DNA from: Eledone cirrhosa
Taxonomy: Eukaryota
Direction of reading: 5' to 3'
Assembly (NCBI GenBank): GCA_964016885.1
Contig: OZ024743.1
Location: 330,088,001-330,152,000, forward strand
Length of the DNA: 64,000 nucleotides
Shown here: positions 41,077 to 53,808 of the stretch, piece after piece
How positions within the stretch are numbered: position 1 is the stretch's first letter
Layout of the letters: each line of letters opens with the position of its first letter
The notes under the pieces: generated by a model
Seen by the model: only the letters and a program-made list of their open reading frames with translations
Told to the model about the DNA's origin: nothing
The model's database searches: none
Translations under genes and position numbers: made by a program

Positions 41077-43817
41077 CTCTTTTACCTGTTTCAGCCATCC
41101 GGCTGAGGCCATGCATATATATAAAGAGGGAATAAAAGGGAGGGGGCAGAGATGTATATAAAGAGGGAATAAAAGGGAGGGGGCAGAGATGCGTGTGCAT
41201 CAAGGTGTGCATTACAGAGCCTACCTACCAACCTACCGTTATACCAGCCAACCAACTAATCAGTGTGCTAACTGCGTACTTGTGTGTTTCTATGCTGGTT
41301 GTATCAGCAGTATTGGCTTTACGTGTGTAATTAAGTCAGTCGCTATTCTCTAGAATGACAATAGGTTTATTCTGACATAAAAGCTTTGTTAATGAAAAAT
41401 TGTTTATCTCGTCTTCTATATACCAAGGACGTTGCACTAGTAATAGCTCAAGCTATATTGCAGGAAATACCTTTCCTATAAAATATTTCTTCTCTAGAAA
41501 TACTGAGTTTATACCTCTTGTTGGTATAAATGAAAGGCTTGTGGGCCTATTAGATTGATACATGGATCTCCGTCAATTTCAACGGTGAATGATCCAGTTG
41601 TTCGATAAATAGAACAGGATGTTCGTTAAATTAACTTGTATGTGGCTGAGTATCCCATGGCTATGTGTACCCTGAACATAATTATAAGAGAGATTCAGTG
41701 TATGACTGGGTGTGTGACATGGCTGACCTTTTGAGATACAGTCCATCCACCGGGCTTCCAAGCAGTTTCCTTCTACACAGTTTCTCTCACGAGGCATAGG
41801 TGCGTTATAATTGTTTCTACTTTTGGCACAAAGGCAGCAATTATTCCAGTGTATTACTGGTACTTTATTTTATCGACCCTGTAAGGATGAAAGGCAAACT
41901 TAACCTCGGTGGGATTTGAACTCAGACCATAAAGCGGCGTAACTGGTTTCTGCAAAGCATGGCGTCAGACACTCTACTGATACTGCCAACCACCACCGTA
42001 TATATTAGATGCGTTATAATGGTTATATCAGTAAATCGAAGCTCCAGTTTTGTTACATATTCTAGTCTAGTCTAAAATCTGTCTCAAGCCAGGAAGTTCG
42101 TCAGGCCAGTGTTTATCCCAGTTTTCGTGACGTGAAGCGACTGAAAGTACAAAACTTCCCCTTGGACACGATATCAGTCCATTGCAGTATTAAATCCCTA
42201 GTTATTGCTGGTACTTATTTTCAGGTGAGTATACTGGAGCAACGTGCAATGAAGCTCAAGAACACAACATACAACCCAGCCAAGGAATCGAACCCATGAC
42301 ATTATGATTGTAAGTCCAATAACCGTACCACTAGGCCATGCTCCTCCTTTGTTACATATAGTGTCATGTTGAATCGGGTAGTGGATTATATCAAGGGTAC
42401 ACGTGTTTTTGGATAACCTGGACACTTACGTCACAAGCCAGACACTCAATTGATCGAACTGAAAGTCCATCATCAAAAGAGATGGTATATCCATCATTAA
42501 TCTGATGTGTGAGGCACTAGGGTGACCCGGTATCAAATCACCCCAGGTGCACATCCACCAACATCACATACTGCATCACACGCTAACTTTTCAGAAGTTC
42601 TCTATGTAGTACAAACAGTTTGTAGTTTGATTGAATACCTTCGGAGCGTTATTCAACGTACCTCCGGCCAATCCATCACCTATATTTTTCAACACACCTG
42701 TCTACTCCATTAAACACATCTCGGTACCCCACGATGTATTGTACTATAGAAAATTTAAACGACAACATGTCAAATTTGCTTTCGGTACATTTTTTTCCGA
42801 GGGTCCTAAATGACGGTATTACTTTCTTTTCTTAGAAATACGATAAAAGTAGTATTCCAGAAAAGCTTATCGGTTAATCAGATTAACAGTTCATCTCTGA
42901 CCCACTCCAGCCTCTGGCCCACACACCTGCTATCTCTCCCCTTTTACTCATCTATCACATCTACAACAGAGCTTGCTAGTCTCATGTCCCCTTCAGCCAG
43001 ACACTCCCAAACCACACAGGTCTCTTTTCTCATCACCCATGTTGTGTCAAATACCCAACCCAGGCCCCTGCACTAACCACTACACCCAGTTCGTCCTGCT
43101 CAGGTAAATTGGCTCTCTGGAACTTCCACTCTGCTTATGTCTTTCCAAACGGAGAGGACCTACATGTTAAACAGAACATCAACGGGATTGATCTCTCCAG
43201 ATGCTGAGGACGGGTGCCTATGAAGATGATGGAACCCACAGCACCTTCATCCATACTTACCAAGATAATATATAAAGCCACATAAATATCTAAGTTTGAA
43301 ATTGCAAAGATCGAATTATATTGCTTATTACAGCTTACCTGCCAATATCAAGGAATATTTAATCAATGCTACGTTTCTTCGTAACTGAACTGAAAAATCA
43401 CGGCATGGAACATTTTCCAACACTGAAATATCAGAAACCAGATTCGATGCTGAAATATGTTACAGAGAGTTGCAGTCTTTTGAATGCATTTCAAAAGAGG
43501 TTTTATAGAAATCATGAGCTCGAAATATGAATATACAAAAATGTCCTTTTGATGTATGTTAGATGAAGCCTCTAAACCTTTGCCACTGCTTTTAATTCAT
43601 TTACAATCTGATAATAAATACTTTGATATCCAAAAGTAATATTTGGGAATTTTAGAAACCCTCTGTAGATACTATCGAATCAGGTAGAGAATATTACGAG
43701 ACTGCTTTCCGCCATTAAATCACATCAGTAGTTTTTTCAGAACATTAAATTCAGTTAGGAATCACGGACTTGTTATTTTTTTTTTTTTTTTTTTACTGGT
43801 TTTAGTCATTCGAATGC

Positions 43818-44130
43818 GATCATACTGGGACACCGCCTTGATTCGATAAGTCATGCTGGGGCACTGCCTTGCTTCGCCTGAGATCATGCTGGGGCACTGC
43901 TTGGTTTCGACTGAAGTCATACTGGGGCACTGCTTTGCTTCGATTGCGATCATGCTGGGGCACTGTTTTGCTTCGATTGCGATCATGCTGAGGCACCACA
44001 TTGATTCGACTGCGATCATGCTGGGGCACCACCTTGATTCGACTGTGGTCATACTGGGGCACCACCTTGATTCGACTGCGATCATGCTGAGGCACCACCT
44101 TGATTCTACTGCGATCATACTGGGGTGGGT
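43818..44130. repeat. 33-bp minisatellite (~9 copies)
   Basis: Unit GATCATGCTGGGGCACCACCTTGATTCGACTGC. Confidence 0.9.
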
Positions 44131-44984
44131 GGGGGGCACCACCTTGAAAGAAACACATTTGATCGTATCGCCCTCAATGCTTATTTTCAAATCTTGTTCT
44201 TATTTTATCGATCAATTCTACTCAATTTATTCAACTATTATTATAATTATCTGCATATTTAATATTCTTTAAGGTGATAATGCAAGGTGACAAAGTGACA
44301 TAATCGTTCGCGTGTCAGGTTGAAACTGCTTTGATATTTGTTCTGGCTCACTGAGTTCAAATCCCTTCCAGGTCAACTTTTCCTTTCATCCTTCCGAATT
44401 CAATAAATACCTGACACTTTATCACTTCCTCCTTTTCTGGAATACGTCGGATGTGTTCTCACCTGGAGAGTGATGGGCTCCAACTAGTTAAGATTTTCTC
44501 AAGACACGCTGCATGTCGGATCAAACTCCACCTAGTTTAAAATACCCAAGACATACAGTATTTCCGGATGGTGTCCCGAAGAGATCATCAAGAGTTAAAA
44601 ACCCTCTACTTACTTAATGTGATCATGTGTGTAATCATGACATTGTAGGATTAAATATTCGCTACATTTATCAGAACAATTGTACTTACACTCCGTCCCT
44701 GGTCCTAAATAGCTATCTCATCACTACTCCCTACCCTATTACTCCACAATTTCTTTTGCACTTACAAAATGTCCCGAGTACTAAATACTTCCTTCTCACC
44801 TCTCTGATATAGAAGTTCTACAGTTATTACATAAGTGAATTAGTGGTGGCTGATTATGTCCGAGAATATTATGTCACCTTATTGTCACTTAACCTACTTC
44901 TGTTACTGCTGACATTTTAGAATATATCGTTAAACAGAAATATACAACTGTGTGTATACTACAGAAGTACACACTGTAATGGAT

Positions 44985-46900
44985 ATACCTATTGTACAAC
45001 ATATGTACACAATGTAGTGAATTTATTGTACTACAGATGTACATAATGTAGTGAATTTATTGTACTACAGATGTACATAATGTAGTGAATTTATTGTACT
45101 ACAGATGTACATAATGTAGTGAATTTATTGTACTACAGATGTACATAATGTAGTGAATTTATTGTACTACAGATGTACATAATGTAGTGAATTTATGGTA
45201 CTACAGATGTACATAATGTAGTGAATTTATTGTACTACAGATGTACATAATGTAGTGAATTTATTGTACTACAGATGTACACAATGTAGTGAATTTATTT
45301 CACTACAGATGTACACAATGTAGCGTTTTATTGTACAACAGTTGTACACAATGTAGTGAATTTATTGTACTACAGATGTTCACAATGTAGGGAATTTATT
45401 GTACTACAGATGTACACAATGTAGTGAATTTATTGTACAACAGATGTACATAATGTAGTGAATTTATTGTACAACAGTTGTACACAATGTAGGGAATTTA
45501 TTGTACACCAGATGTACAAAATGTAGTGAATTTATTGTACAACAGTTGTTCACAATGTAGTGAATTTATTGTACAACAGATGTACACAATGTAGTGAATT
45601 TATTGTACACCAGATGTACACAATGTAGTGAATTTATTGTACTACAGATGTACACAATGTAGTGAATTTATTGTACAACAGTTGTATACAATGTAGTGAA
45701 TTTATTGTACAACAGTTGTACACAATGTAGTGAACTTATTGCACACCAGATGTTCACAATGAAGTGAATTTATTGTACTACAGATGTACACAATGTAGTG
45801 AATTTATTGTACAACAGATGTACATAATGTAGTGAATTTATTGTACAACAGATGTACACAATGTAGTGAATTTATTGTACAACTGTTGTTCACAATGTAG
45901 TGAATTTATTGTACAACAGATGTACACAATGTAGTGAATTTACTGTACAACAGATGTACACAATGTAGTGAATTTATTGCACACCAGATGTACACAATGT
46001 AGTGAACTTATTGTACTACAGATGTACACAATGTAGGGAATTTATTGTACACCAGATGTACAAAATGTAGTGAATTTATTGTACAACAGTTGTTCACAAT
46101 GTAGTGAATTTATTGTACAACAGATGTACACAATGTAGTGAATTTATTGTACACCAGATGTACGCAATGTAGTGAATTTATTGTACTACAGATGTACACA
46201 ATGTAGTGAATTTATTGTACAACAGTTGTACACAATGTATTGAATATATTGTACAACAGTTGTTCACAATGTAGTGAATTTATTGTACTACAGATACACA
46301 CAATGTAGTGAATTGATTGTACTACAGATGTACACAATGTAGTGAATTGATTGTACTACAGATACACTCAATGTAGTGAGGCACAGAATTCTTGATAGAG
46401 TGCGTAGTTTGGAGATCAGAGAGTCACTGCTACTTCTCCAAATTGAGAGTTCACAGCTCCGATACTATAGACATGTGGTTAGAATGTCCCTGAAGAAATC
46501 ACTGGACAGATTTTATGGGCAAAACGAACCGGCAGGAGACGCAGAGGTTGACCCCGAGCAAGATGGTTGGATAACATCCATGAACTTGGCTGGTCTCGCT
46601 TGGGGATCGAGCCGGATAAATTGGAAACGGTTGCTTCTGACAGGAGCTGCTGGAAGGAGTATTTGATGACTCTGTCCCCACGACCCACTCAAGAATAAGT
46701 AGGGGAAGAAGAAGACGAAGGGATGTACACAGTGGTGAATTTATTGTTCAAAAGATGTATACAATGATGAATTTATTGTTCAACAGATGTACACAATGGT
46801 GAATTAATTGTTTAACAGATGTACACAATGGTGATTTTGTAAAACGTTTGTATATAAAGTAGAGAATATATTGTTTAACAAATGTACACAACATAATACA
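44985..46900. repeat. 34-bp minisatellite (~40 copies) interrupted by an RTE 3' fragment at 46376-46720
   Basis: Unit AATGTAGTGAATTTATTGTACTACAGATGTACAC. Confidence 0.95.
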
Positions 46901-47236
46901 TGTATTGTTTAATAAATATATACATTTTAGCGAATATATCATTAGATAGGTGTATAAAATTGAATATATACTGGAGTTTACAATTGTTATAGTAGACAAA
47001 TGCTACCGAATTATACAAAGATGAAAGTAATTTAGAAAATTTAGGATTAACATAATAATTAGGAAGAGAGAAATAGTGAAAATTTGCGAAAGAAAAAAAA
47101 ATCACATACACATACACATAAACAAATACACACTAACGTGCACACACACATATATGTATATATATATTTCCTTCTTCCTCTCTTTCTGCTGCTTAAACCA
47201 TTTTGTTTGTTTACCCTAGCGTCCCCTTTATTTACG

Positions 47237-47339
47237 TGTCCCAACGACTTTTTTTAGCCGTCGGTCGCACTAATCTGAGGTATATGGCCTTTAATGCGAC
47301 GAAATGCCTACGACGGCTGGATGGCCACTGATGAGGACA
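47237..47339 (+). ncRNA. Permuted kink-turn hammerhead-like ribozyme, copy 1
   Basis: UCGCA CUAAUC U GA GGUAU A/UGGCC UUUAA UGCGA C GAA AUGCC UAC GA C GGCUGG AU GGCCA CUGAUGA G GACA. Predicted cut after 47284. Confidence 0.75.
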
Positions 47340-47593
47340 AACTTTTTCATATGTAACCCATTTGCAGCGCCGCAGCTCCATTATTATCATATTTACACAT
47401 ATATTTTTTCCTCCGCTGCCACCAGTCTGTTTCGTTCTTTGTGTCTTTACCCTTTCTAGCAGTCTCTCTCTGTTAGCCTCTTCCTCACCTTTCACTCACT
47501 CACTCTCTGTCACTACCTCTCCTCCTCCCCTTTCTTCCAGTTTGACCTGTCCACAATCCTTTTCTCGCGGGCACTTGGCCAAGCCGGTATGAA

Positions 47594-47638
<45 letters not shown>

Positions 47639-47876
47639 GCGACTTCACAGAACTTATGTTTACCGAATTCGCAGACCAGACCCCTTCTTCCTCCCGTTAG
47701 ACCTGTGCGAAATTCCTTCCTTGCTCACATTTCAACCAGGTTTGATGGTCTTTATTCTCTCGTTCATGATTCCACCGAATTTATATTCATAGAAATCTGG
47801 GACTTGTTTCCTTCTTCCTCTCTTTCTGCTGCTTAAACCATTTTGTTTGTTTACCCTAGCGTCCCCTTTATTTACG

Positions 47877-47980
47877 TGTCCCAACGACTTTTTTCTAGCC
47901 GTTGCTCGCACCAACCTGAGGTATATGGCCTTTAATGCGACGAAATGCCTACGACGGTTGGATGGCCACTGATGAGGACA
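47877..47980 (+). ncRNA. Permuted kink-turn hammerhead-like ribozyme, copy 2
   Basis: Same layout with outer helix CCAACC/GGUUGG. Predicted cut after 47925. Confidence 0.75.
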
Positions 47981-48022
47981 AACTTTTTCATATGTAACCC
48001 ATTTGCAGCGCCGCAGCTCCAT

Positions 48023-48101
<79 letters not shown>

Positions 48102-48411
48102 ATTTATATATATATATCATAATTTATAAAGCTCAGTGTATGGTCATGCTCCTTCGTTATAGAAATCTACGATATAGAATTTCTTCAATTGAAATTTACA
48201 ATTCAGTATTCGAAATAGCTTCGATTGCGTCTTGACGCAGATAATTTTTTCAATTTCACCCACAATTACGCCAAAAATAGATAAAACTCAATATTTTACG
48301 ATTTTTCTCTCTCATTTAAACTACTGACCTCTTTCTACTACCATTCAAAATCTATACAACTTCATACTTTCTGCTACTTTCTCTTTCCAAGCTTGATGGT
48401 GATACTGTCCG

Positions 48412-48640
48412 TTCACACCACTCCCTACTGTCTTAAATTTAGAAAACACATATCCTCTATGAGGTTACTAAACCTGCTAGAAACAGCAGCTAACTCTCCC
48501 CCATATCACACCCCTTCCTACTGTCTTAAATTTAGAAAACACATATCCTCTATGAGGTCAATAAACCTGCTAGAAACAACAGCTAACTCTCCCTCATATC
48601 ACAACCCTCCCTACTGTCTTAAATTTAGAAAACACACAGA
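48412..48640. repeat. ~95-bp tandem repeat, ~2.4 copies
   Basis: CCTACTGTCTTAAATTTAGAAAACACA occurs three times. Confidence 0.8.
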
Positions 48641-48889
48641 CAACCATGCAGAACAACTCCATCGCAGCTCTGTTGTTCGGCTGGCATCATCTACGCGCGT
48701 GTTGCGCAAGTACTGTGAAACAATAAATTTCAACACTTTTTTGCACAGAGATAATATCCATAGGCGAAACTACAATTGTCACTGCTGGCGCAGCTCATGC
48801 TTCCAGGTCTGCAATTCATTCACCCAGTGCCTGGCAGACAAAAAAGTGCTGCCATAAAATGGGTGGTGCAACCTAACTTTGGTAACGTA

Positions 48890-48925
48890 ATGACCCCGAG
48901 CAACGCCGGGCTTTAATTCTAGTAT
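48890..48925 (+). mobile_element. Helitron-like 3' terminus
   Basis: GC-rich hairpin CCCGAGCAACGCCGGG followed after 8 nt by CTAG-T. Confidence 0.5.
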
Positions 48926-49235
48926 ATATATAAAAACAAACATAAATTATCGAGATTCGCATTTCGGCCCACGAAATAACGAAAAACAACCTCCGGAATG
49001 TGAGGCAAGTGCTCAATGGTTCAGATGAACCAGAGCTATAACAAACGTTAAACGCCAAACACACTGAGACGATGGTTAAACAATCATTCGCATAGCCCCC
49101 CAAAAAACGATCAAGTAATTCGGGTATTGAAAATTTACCCGGACCCCTGGAAGGTTGGTAAAATCCAGTATTTGGGTTTCTGCGGCTCCTAAATCATATA
49201 TATATATAGAGAGAGAGAGAGAGGGAGAGAGAGAA

Positions 49236-49360
<125 letters not shown>

Positions 49361-50130
49361 AAGAGAAAGATATCAGGACTCTGAAGTATGTGTATACCAC
49401 CCCCAAGCCATTGGTTACCCGGAGCTATATTAGAAATATTAGAAGACACATGTCCAAGGTAGTACACAGTTGGAGTGAAGCCGAAACTATGTAGTTACGA
49501 AACATCTCCCTATTCACACAGCCATGTTTGGACCCTTAATTAGTTTATTAATTAATTTTCTATTCAGTTAGAGATATGTGTCCTTACGGCTCTAATTTCT
49601 ATTGATTGAATTATTGTTGTTGTAGTTTGTGACGTCAACAGTTTCTTAAACTCCTTGATAGTGTGTATAGCAACAGTGATTGACTGACGTAGAGTAAAAG
49701 ACGGAATATGGAGATAAGAATCGTTGTACACGCTATAAGGAGCTGTTATATTAAATGACAAAGCACGAAGAAGAATGGTATAGCTGTGTGGTAAAGACAT
49801 TTATTTTGTAACTACGTGGTTTCCGATTTCACTCCTACGACGTGACATCTTGGGCGTTTAACTGTCTTCTACCATAGCCTCTCATGAATTCGGAGTGAAA
49901 TAGGGTTTTCGGAAGTAGCAGAATCCGTCGTATATATATATATATATATACGACGGATTCTGCTACTTCCGAACAACTGTTGGTGGTGGCGTTATATATA
50001 TATATATAACGCCACCACCAACAGTTTTGCAACAGATGTCAACATGAATGGACCTGTTATTTTTATCTAAAGACATGGTTTCCAAATTCCAATCCACCCG
50101 TCCCATCAATCTATCGTATTTCTAATTCTT

Positions 50131-50158
50131 TCTTCCGATGAAGGACGAAACGTTAAGA
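50131..50158 (+). ncRNA. Minimal PLE-type hammerhead (CCGAUGA core, AACGUU palindrome in place of stem III)
   Basis: UCUU-CCGAUGA-AGGAC-GAAAC-GUU-AAGA. Confidence 0.55.
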
Positions 50159-50264
50159 CCCTCTTCCTGCTATATCAAGCATTAACCTAATATATCCCTT
50201 CCATATACTGTACCGATTGTGCTGTTATTTCTGTTTACCTCTTAAAAACACACACACATGTGTA

Positions 50265-50296
<32 letters not shown>

Positions 50297-50297
50297 C

Positions 50298-50486
50298 GTT
50301 ATTCCGGGTTGAATCGGAGGTAACCACAGTAAGTAAGGTACTCAATACATTGCAGAGTATAAAAGTTTTAATATAGATGAGATTCTACAGGACTAGAACT
50401 GTTTCATTCTTTAGAAATCATCAGGATTCCTGATGATTTCTAATGAATGAAACAGTTCTAGTCCTGTAGAATCTCATCTATATTAA

Positions 50487-50489
<3 letters not shown>
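50298..50489. mobile_element. PLE pLTR fold-back with hammerhead at 50425-50473 (+); same family at 10606-10797, 34164-34592, ~7185-7290
   Basis: GAUUC-CUGAUGA-UUUCUAAUGAAU-GAAAC-AG..CU-GUA-GAAUC. Inverted arms span 50366-50487. Shared GGTAACCACA..AAGGTA(C/T)TCAATAC segment. Confidence 0.75.
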
Positions 50490-50530
<41 letters not shown>

Positions 50531-50567
50531 GAAAATCCGAAGGCAAGGTAAAATTCCAATCATTTAA

Positions 50568-50641
50568 TCACGACACATGTTTCAATAAGAGATAGATCGA
50601 TTGTGAAGCCATGATCGATTATCACTGATCTCATCAGGTGA
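50568..50641 (-). ncRNA. Type I hammerhead-like motif (PLE)
   Basis: Minus: UCAC-CUGAUGA-GAUCAGUGAUAAUCGAU..AUCGAUCUAUCUCUUAUU-GAAAC-AUGU-GUC-GUGA. The base of stem II is imperfect. Confidence 0.65.
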
Positions 50642-50701
50642 AAATGAATTGTCTTCAAATTCTTGATATGAGGGAAAAAAAACAGTTACCTGAGACGACT
50701 G

Positions 50702-51031
50702 AATGGTGATCTAGTAAAATTAAAGAACTCGACCGGCATTTTAGTGCACGCAGACATGACTAACAGCCTGTACGATATGGATAGAGTAACTTATGATGAT
50801 TTGATAACCAGAGAACTTAGGAAAAGCTACAGAAAAACTACACGGGTCAACCTGGATTTAATTAACACGGAGGCCAATAGCGTCAGGATTAAACTGGGTA
50901 TTGAGGATAAAACCGAACCCTTCCATTCTAGAACCCTGACGATTTTGCTGAAGGACCACAAATTGAACTATGAATCATTAAGACCTGTCAGGCTGATAGC
51001 CCCTTTAAATTTAATTTATAATAAATTGTAA
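50702..51031 (+). pseudogene. Fragment of PLE reverse transcriptase N-terminal region
   Basis: VHADMTNSLY..Y..LI...SYRK...IN.EA...KLGIEDK..LLKDHKLNY..PVRLIAP resembles the PLE motifs ADKT..Y and LKDHK.NF..P.RLI.P. Confidence 0.75.
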
Positions 51032-51085
51032 TGAAAGTAACTGGTGCGTGTGTTTCTTATTGGCAACATGACCCTCCCAAAGTAT

Positions 51086-51121
<36 letters not shown>

Positions 51122-51400
51122 ATAATAAGTAGGAACGAGGTGTCATAGTTTCATCATTAAGTTTATTCCGGTGTAACGCATGTTTCGCGATTGATCGCCA
51201 AACTGGTATAACACTTGAATAAACTCAATGATCATAATCTGGTACCTTATTTCTACTTATTACACACACACACACACACACCAACTCATATTATAATATA
51301 TTATAACATTAAATCATAATTTTTTTAACACTACAATTGAAGTCATTCTTTTCCTTTTTTTCAAATATATACTGTATATATATATAATTATATATATATA

Positions 51401-51524
<124 letters not shown>

Positions 51525-51710
51525 TAACAGATTAAAGTTTAAACAAAGAATCGGTGCTTTCACCCTTAACCGTTAAGGGTGAAAGCACCGATTCTTTGCT
51601 TAAACTTTAATCTGTTATTTTAATAATTATTTGCTCTAGGGTTCTTATATATTTGATATATATTTATCCTTATCGAGCCCTCTTTGAATTTTAGTCTTCA
51701 CATGTATTGT

Positions 51711-51762
<52 letters not shown>

Positions 51763-52433
51763 ATATATATACATTTATAAACCCCCCACTCTTTTTATTT
51801 TTTGCATTATCTATCTATCTAAAAGAAATCGACTGTGTTCCGCCAGGTTAAAACGGCCAGGACATACCGTATGTCAGGACGGCACTCGTACAGTTCCATC
51901 AAGTGATCAGCGCTTATATGAAGCATGCTATATCATGGAAGGATTCAGGAAATAGAAATTTCTAGATACATTGTAAAATAACAAGAAAAAAAAACATTAT
52001 TTTTTTCCCATTAATTCTCTTCTAATACACTACGTAGTATCCATTTTATTTTTGTTTTGTGCTTACTCGAGAACTTCCAGCGCAGCTAAAACCTCCCCGT
52101 TTCGACCAGAATCTCATCCTTTGTTCAATGAAACAACTATTCTGTCCATCTATCAACATAGTTGTCAAAAGTGTCTGCGAAAGAGAAAAAAATCGAAAAT
52201 AGAAAAAAACAAAAAATATCTATGACCATTGCTAAACATACGGATATATTTATTGGTTTAATAGATAAAAAAAACATCCATTAACAGAAGCAGTAATAGT
52301 TTGTCTGTACAGACAGGGAACAACTACTATGTAGGTGATCATCTGATCAGATATATGTATATATAAATACACACACACATATATCACATCAGATGCACAC
52401 AAACATACAAACATACACACACACACACATATG

Positions 52434-52472
<39 letters not shown>

Positions 52473-52488
52473 TGTGTGTGTATGTGTT

Positions 52489-52557
<69 letters not shown>

Positions 52558-52577
52558 TGTGTGTGTATGTGTGTGTT

Positions 52578-52621
<44 letters not shown>

Positions 52622-52783
52622 TATGTGTGTGTGTATGTATGTATGTAGGAGGACTGCAAAAGTAGGTATACAGTAATGAAAAACAAAACGTGCGCACAAA
52701 ACGTATTTTATTGATTATAGCATCACTATTACATTCCTAGCAATACTGGTATAATCTTAACTATATATCTACTTTTGCAGTTC

Positions 52784-52849
<66 letters not shown>

Positions 52850-53737
52850 GAGTTTATTTCATTCAATTGTTGGGATTCTGTCAACACACACACACGTATA
52901 TATATATTTATACATTATATTTATATATATATATGTATATAGTTTAGAGTAAGTATGCATAATGGGTTTATACAATACAACAATTCGGAAACTTTCCATT
53001 AGAAATGTTTGACGGGTTTGAGGACTATACCGTGTATCAATGTGACCACTTCAGATGGTCTTTAGCATATTATTTTTTATTCACCGCTGGTTCTATGGTG
53101 AACCCGGGGTAGAGAGATAGGGGAACTGATGAAATTCAATGTTTCCTCTCTCAATATCAGCTCCCTAAAAGGTAGCGACCACATAAATACCTGCAAAGAT
53201 TGGATTTTATCAGTTCCCCTATCCCCCTACCTCGGGTTCTCCAGAGAACAAGAGGTCACAAAAATAACATGAAGAGGCCTGATCGATACATTGTAAAGTC
53301 GTGAAATACGTCAAAACCGTAGTAGAAATGAAGGAATGGATTAAAATAACAGTTTCTGATTTAGGCACAAGGTCAACAATTTTGGGGGAGGGGAAAGTCG
53401 ATTAAATAGATCCTAGCACGTTACTGGTACTTCATTTTATTGAACCCGTAAGTATGAAAAGCATAGCTAATCTCGGTGGGATTTGAACTCAGAACGTAAA
53501 AGGCCGTAACTCATTATACAGGTCAGTTGAAGCAATAACGGTAGAACTAATATCAATAGGAGACACGTGGTGATGATAAATGACCAGGTCGGTGTCAAAT
53601 CACAAAAGGCTGAGATAAAGGGTTTGGATAGGATAGGGCAGTATTAAGGAATGGGTGGGAGGGAGAAAAAATGTTGATATAAAGGGGTATATAGGGATAT
53701 AGAAGGAGAAATAGAGATAGATAGAGAGAGAGAGAGA

Positions 53738-53808
<71 letters not shown>

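Larger units (their letters stand above)
47167..48027 (+). mobile_element. Retrozyme-like element: 641-bp unit plus ~220-bp direct terminal repeat, two permuted hammerheads, between (TA)n tracts
   Basis: 47167-47388 is repeated at ~47807-48027, the interior is pyrimidine-rich and non-coding, and the motif is homologous to that of the 31-33 kb array. Confidence 0.8.

Noticed and set aside
44985-46375. CRISPR-like regular repeats (also 43818-44130 and 61950-64000)
   Set aside because: Head-to-tail units without unique spacers, no cas genes, eukaryotic context.
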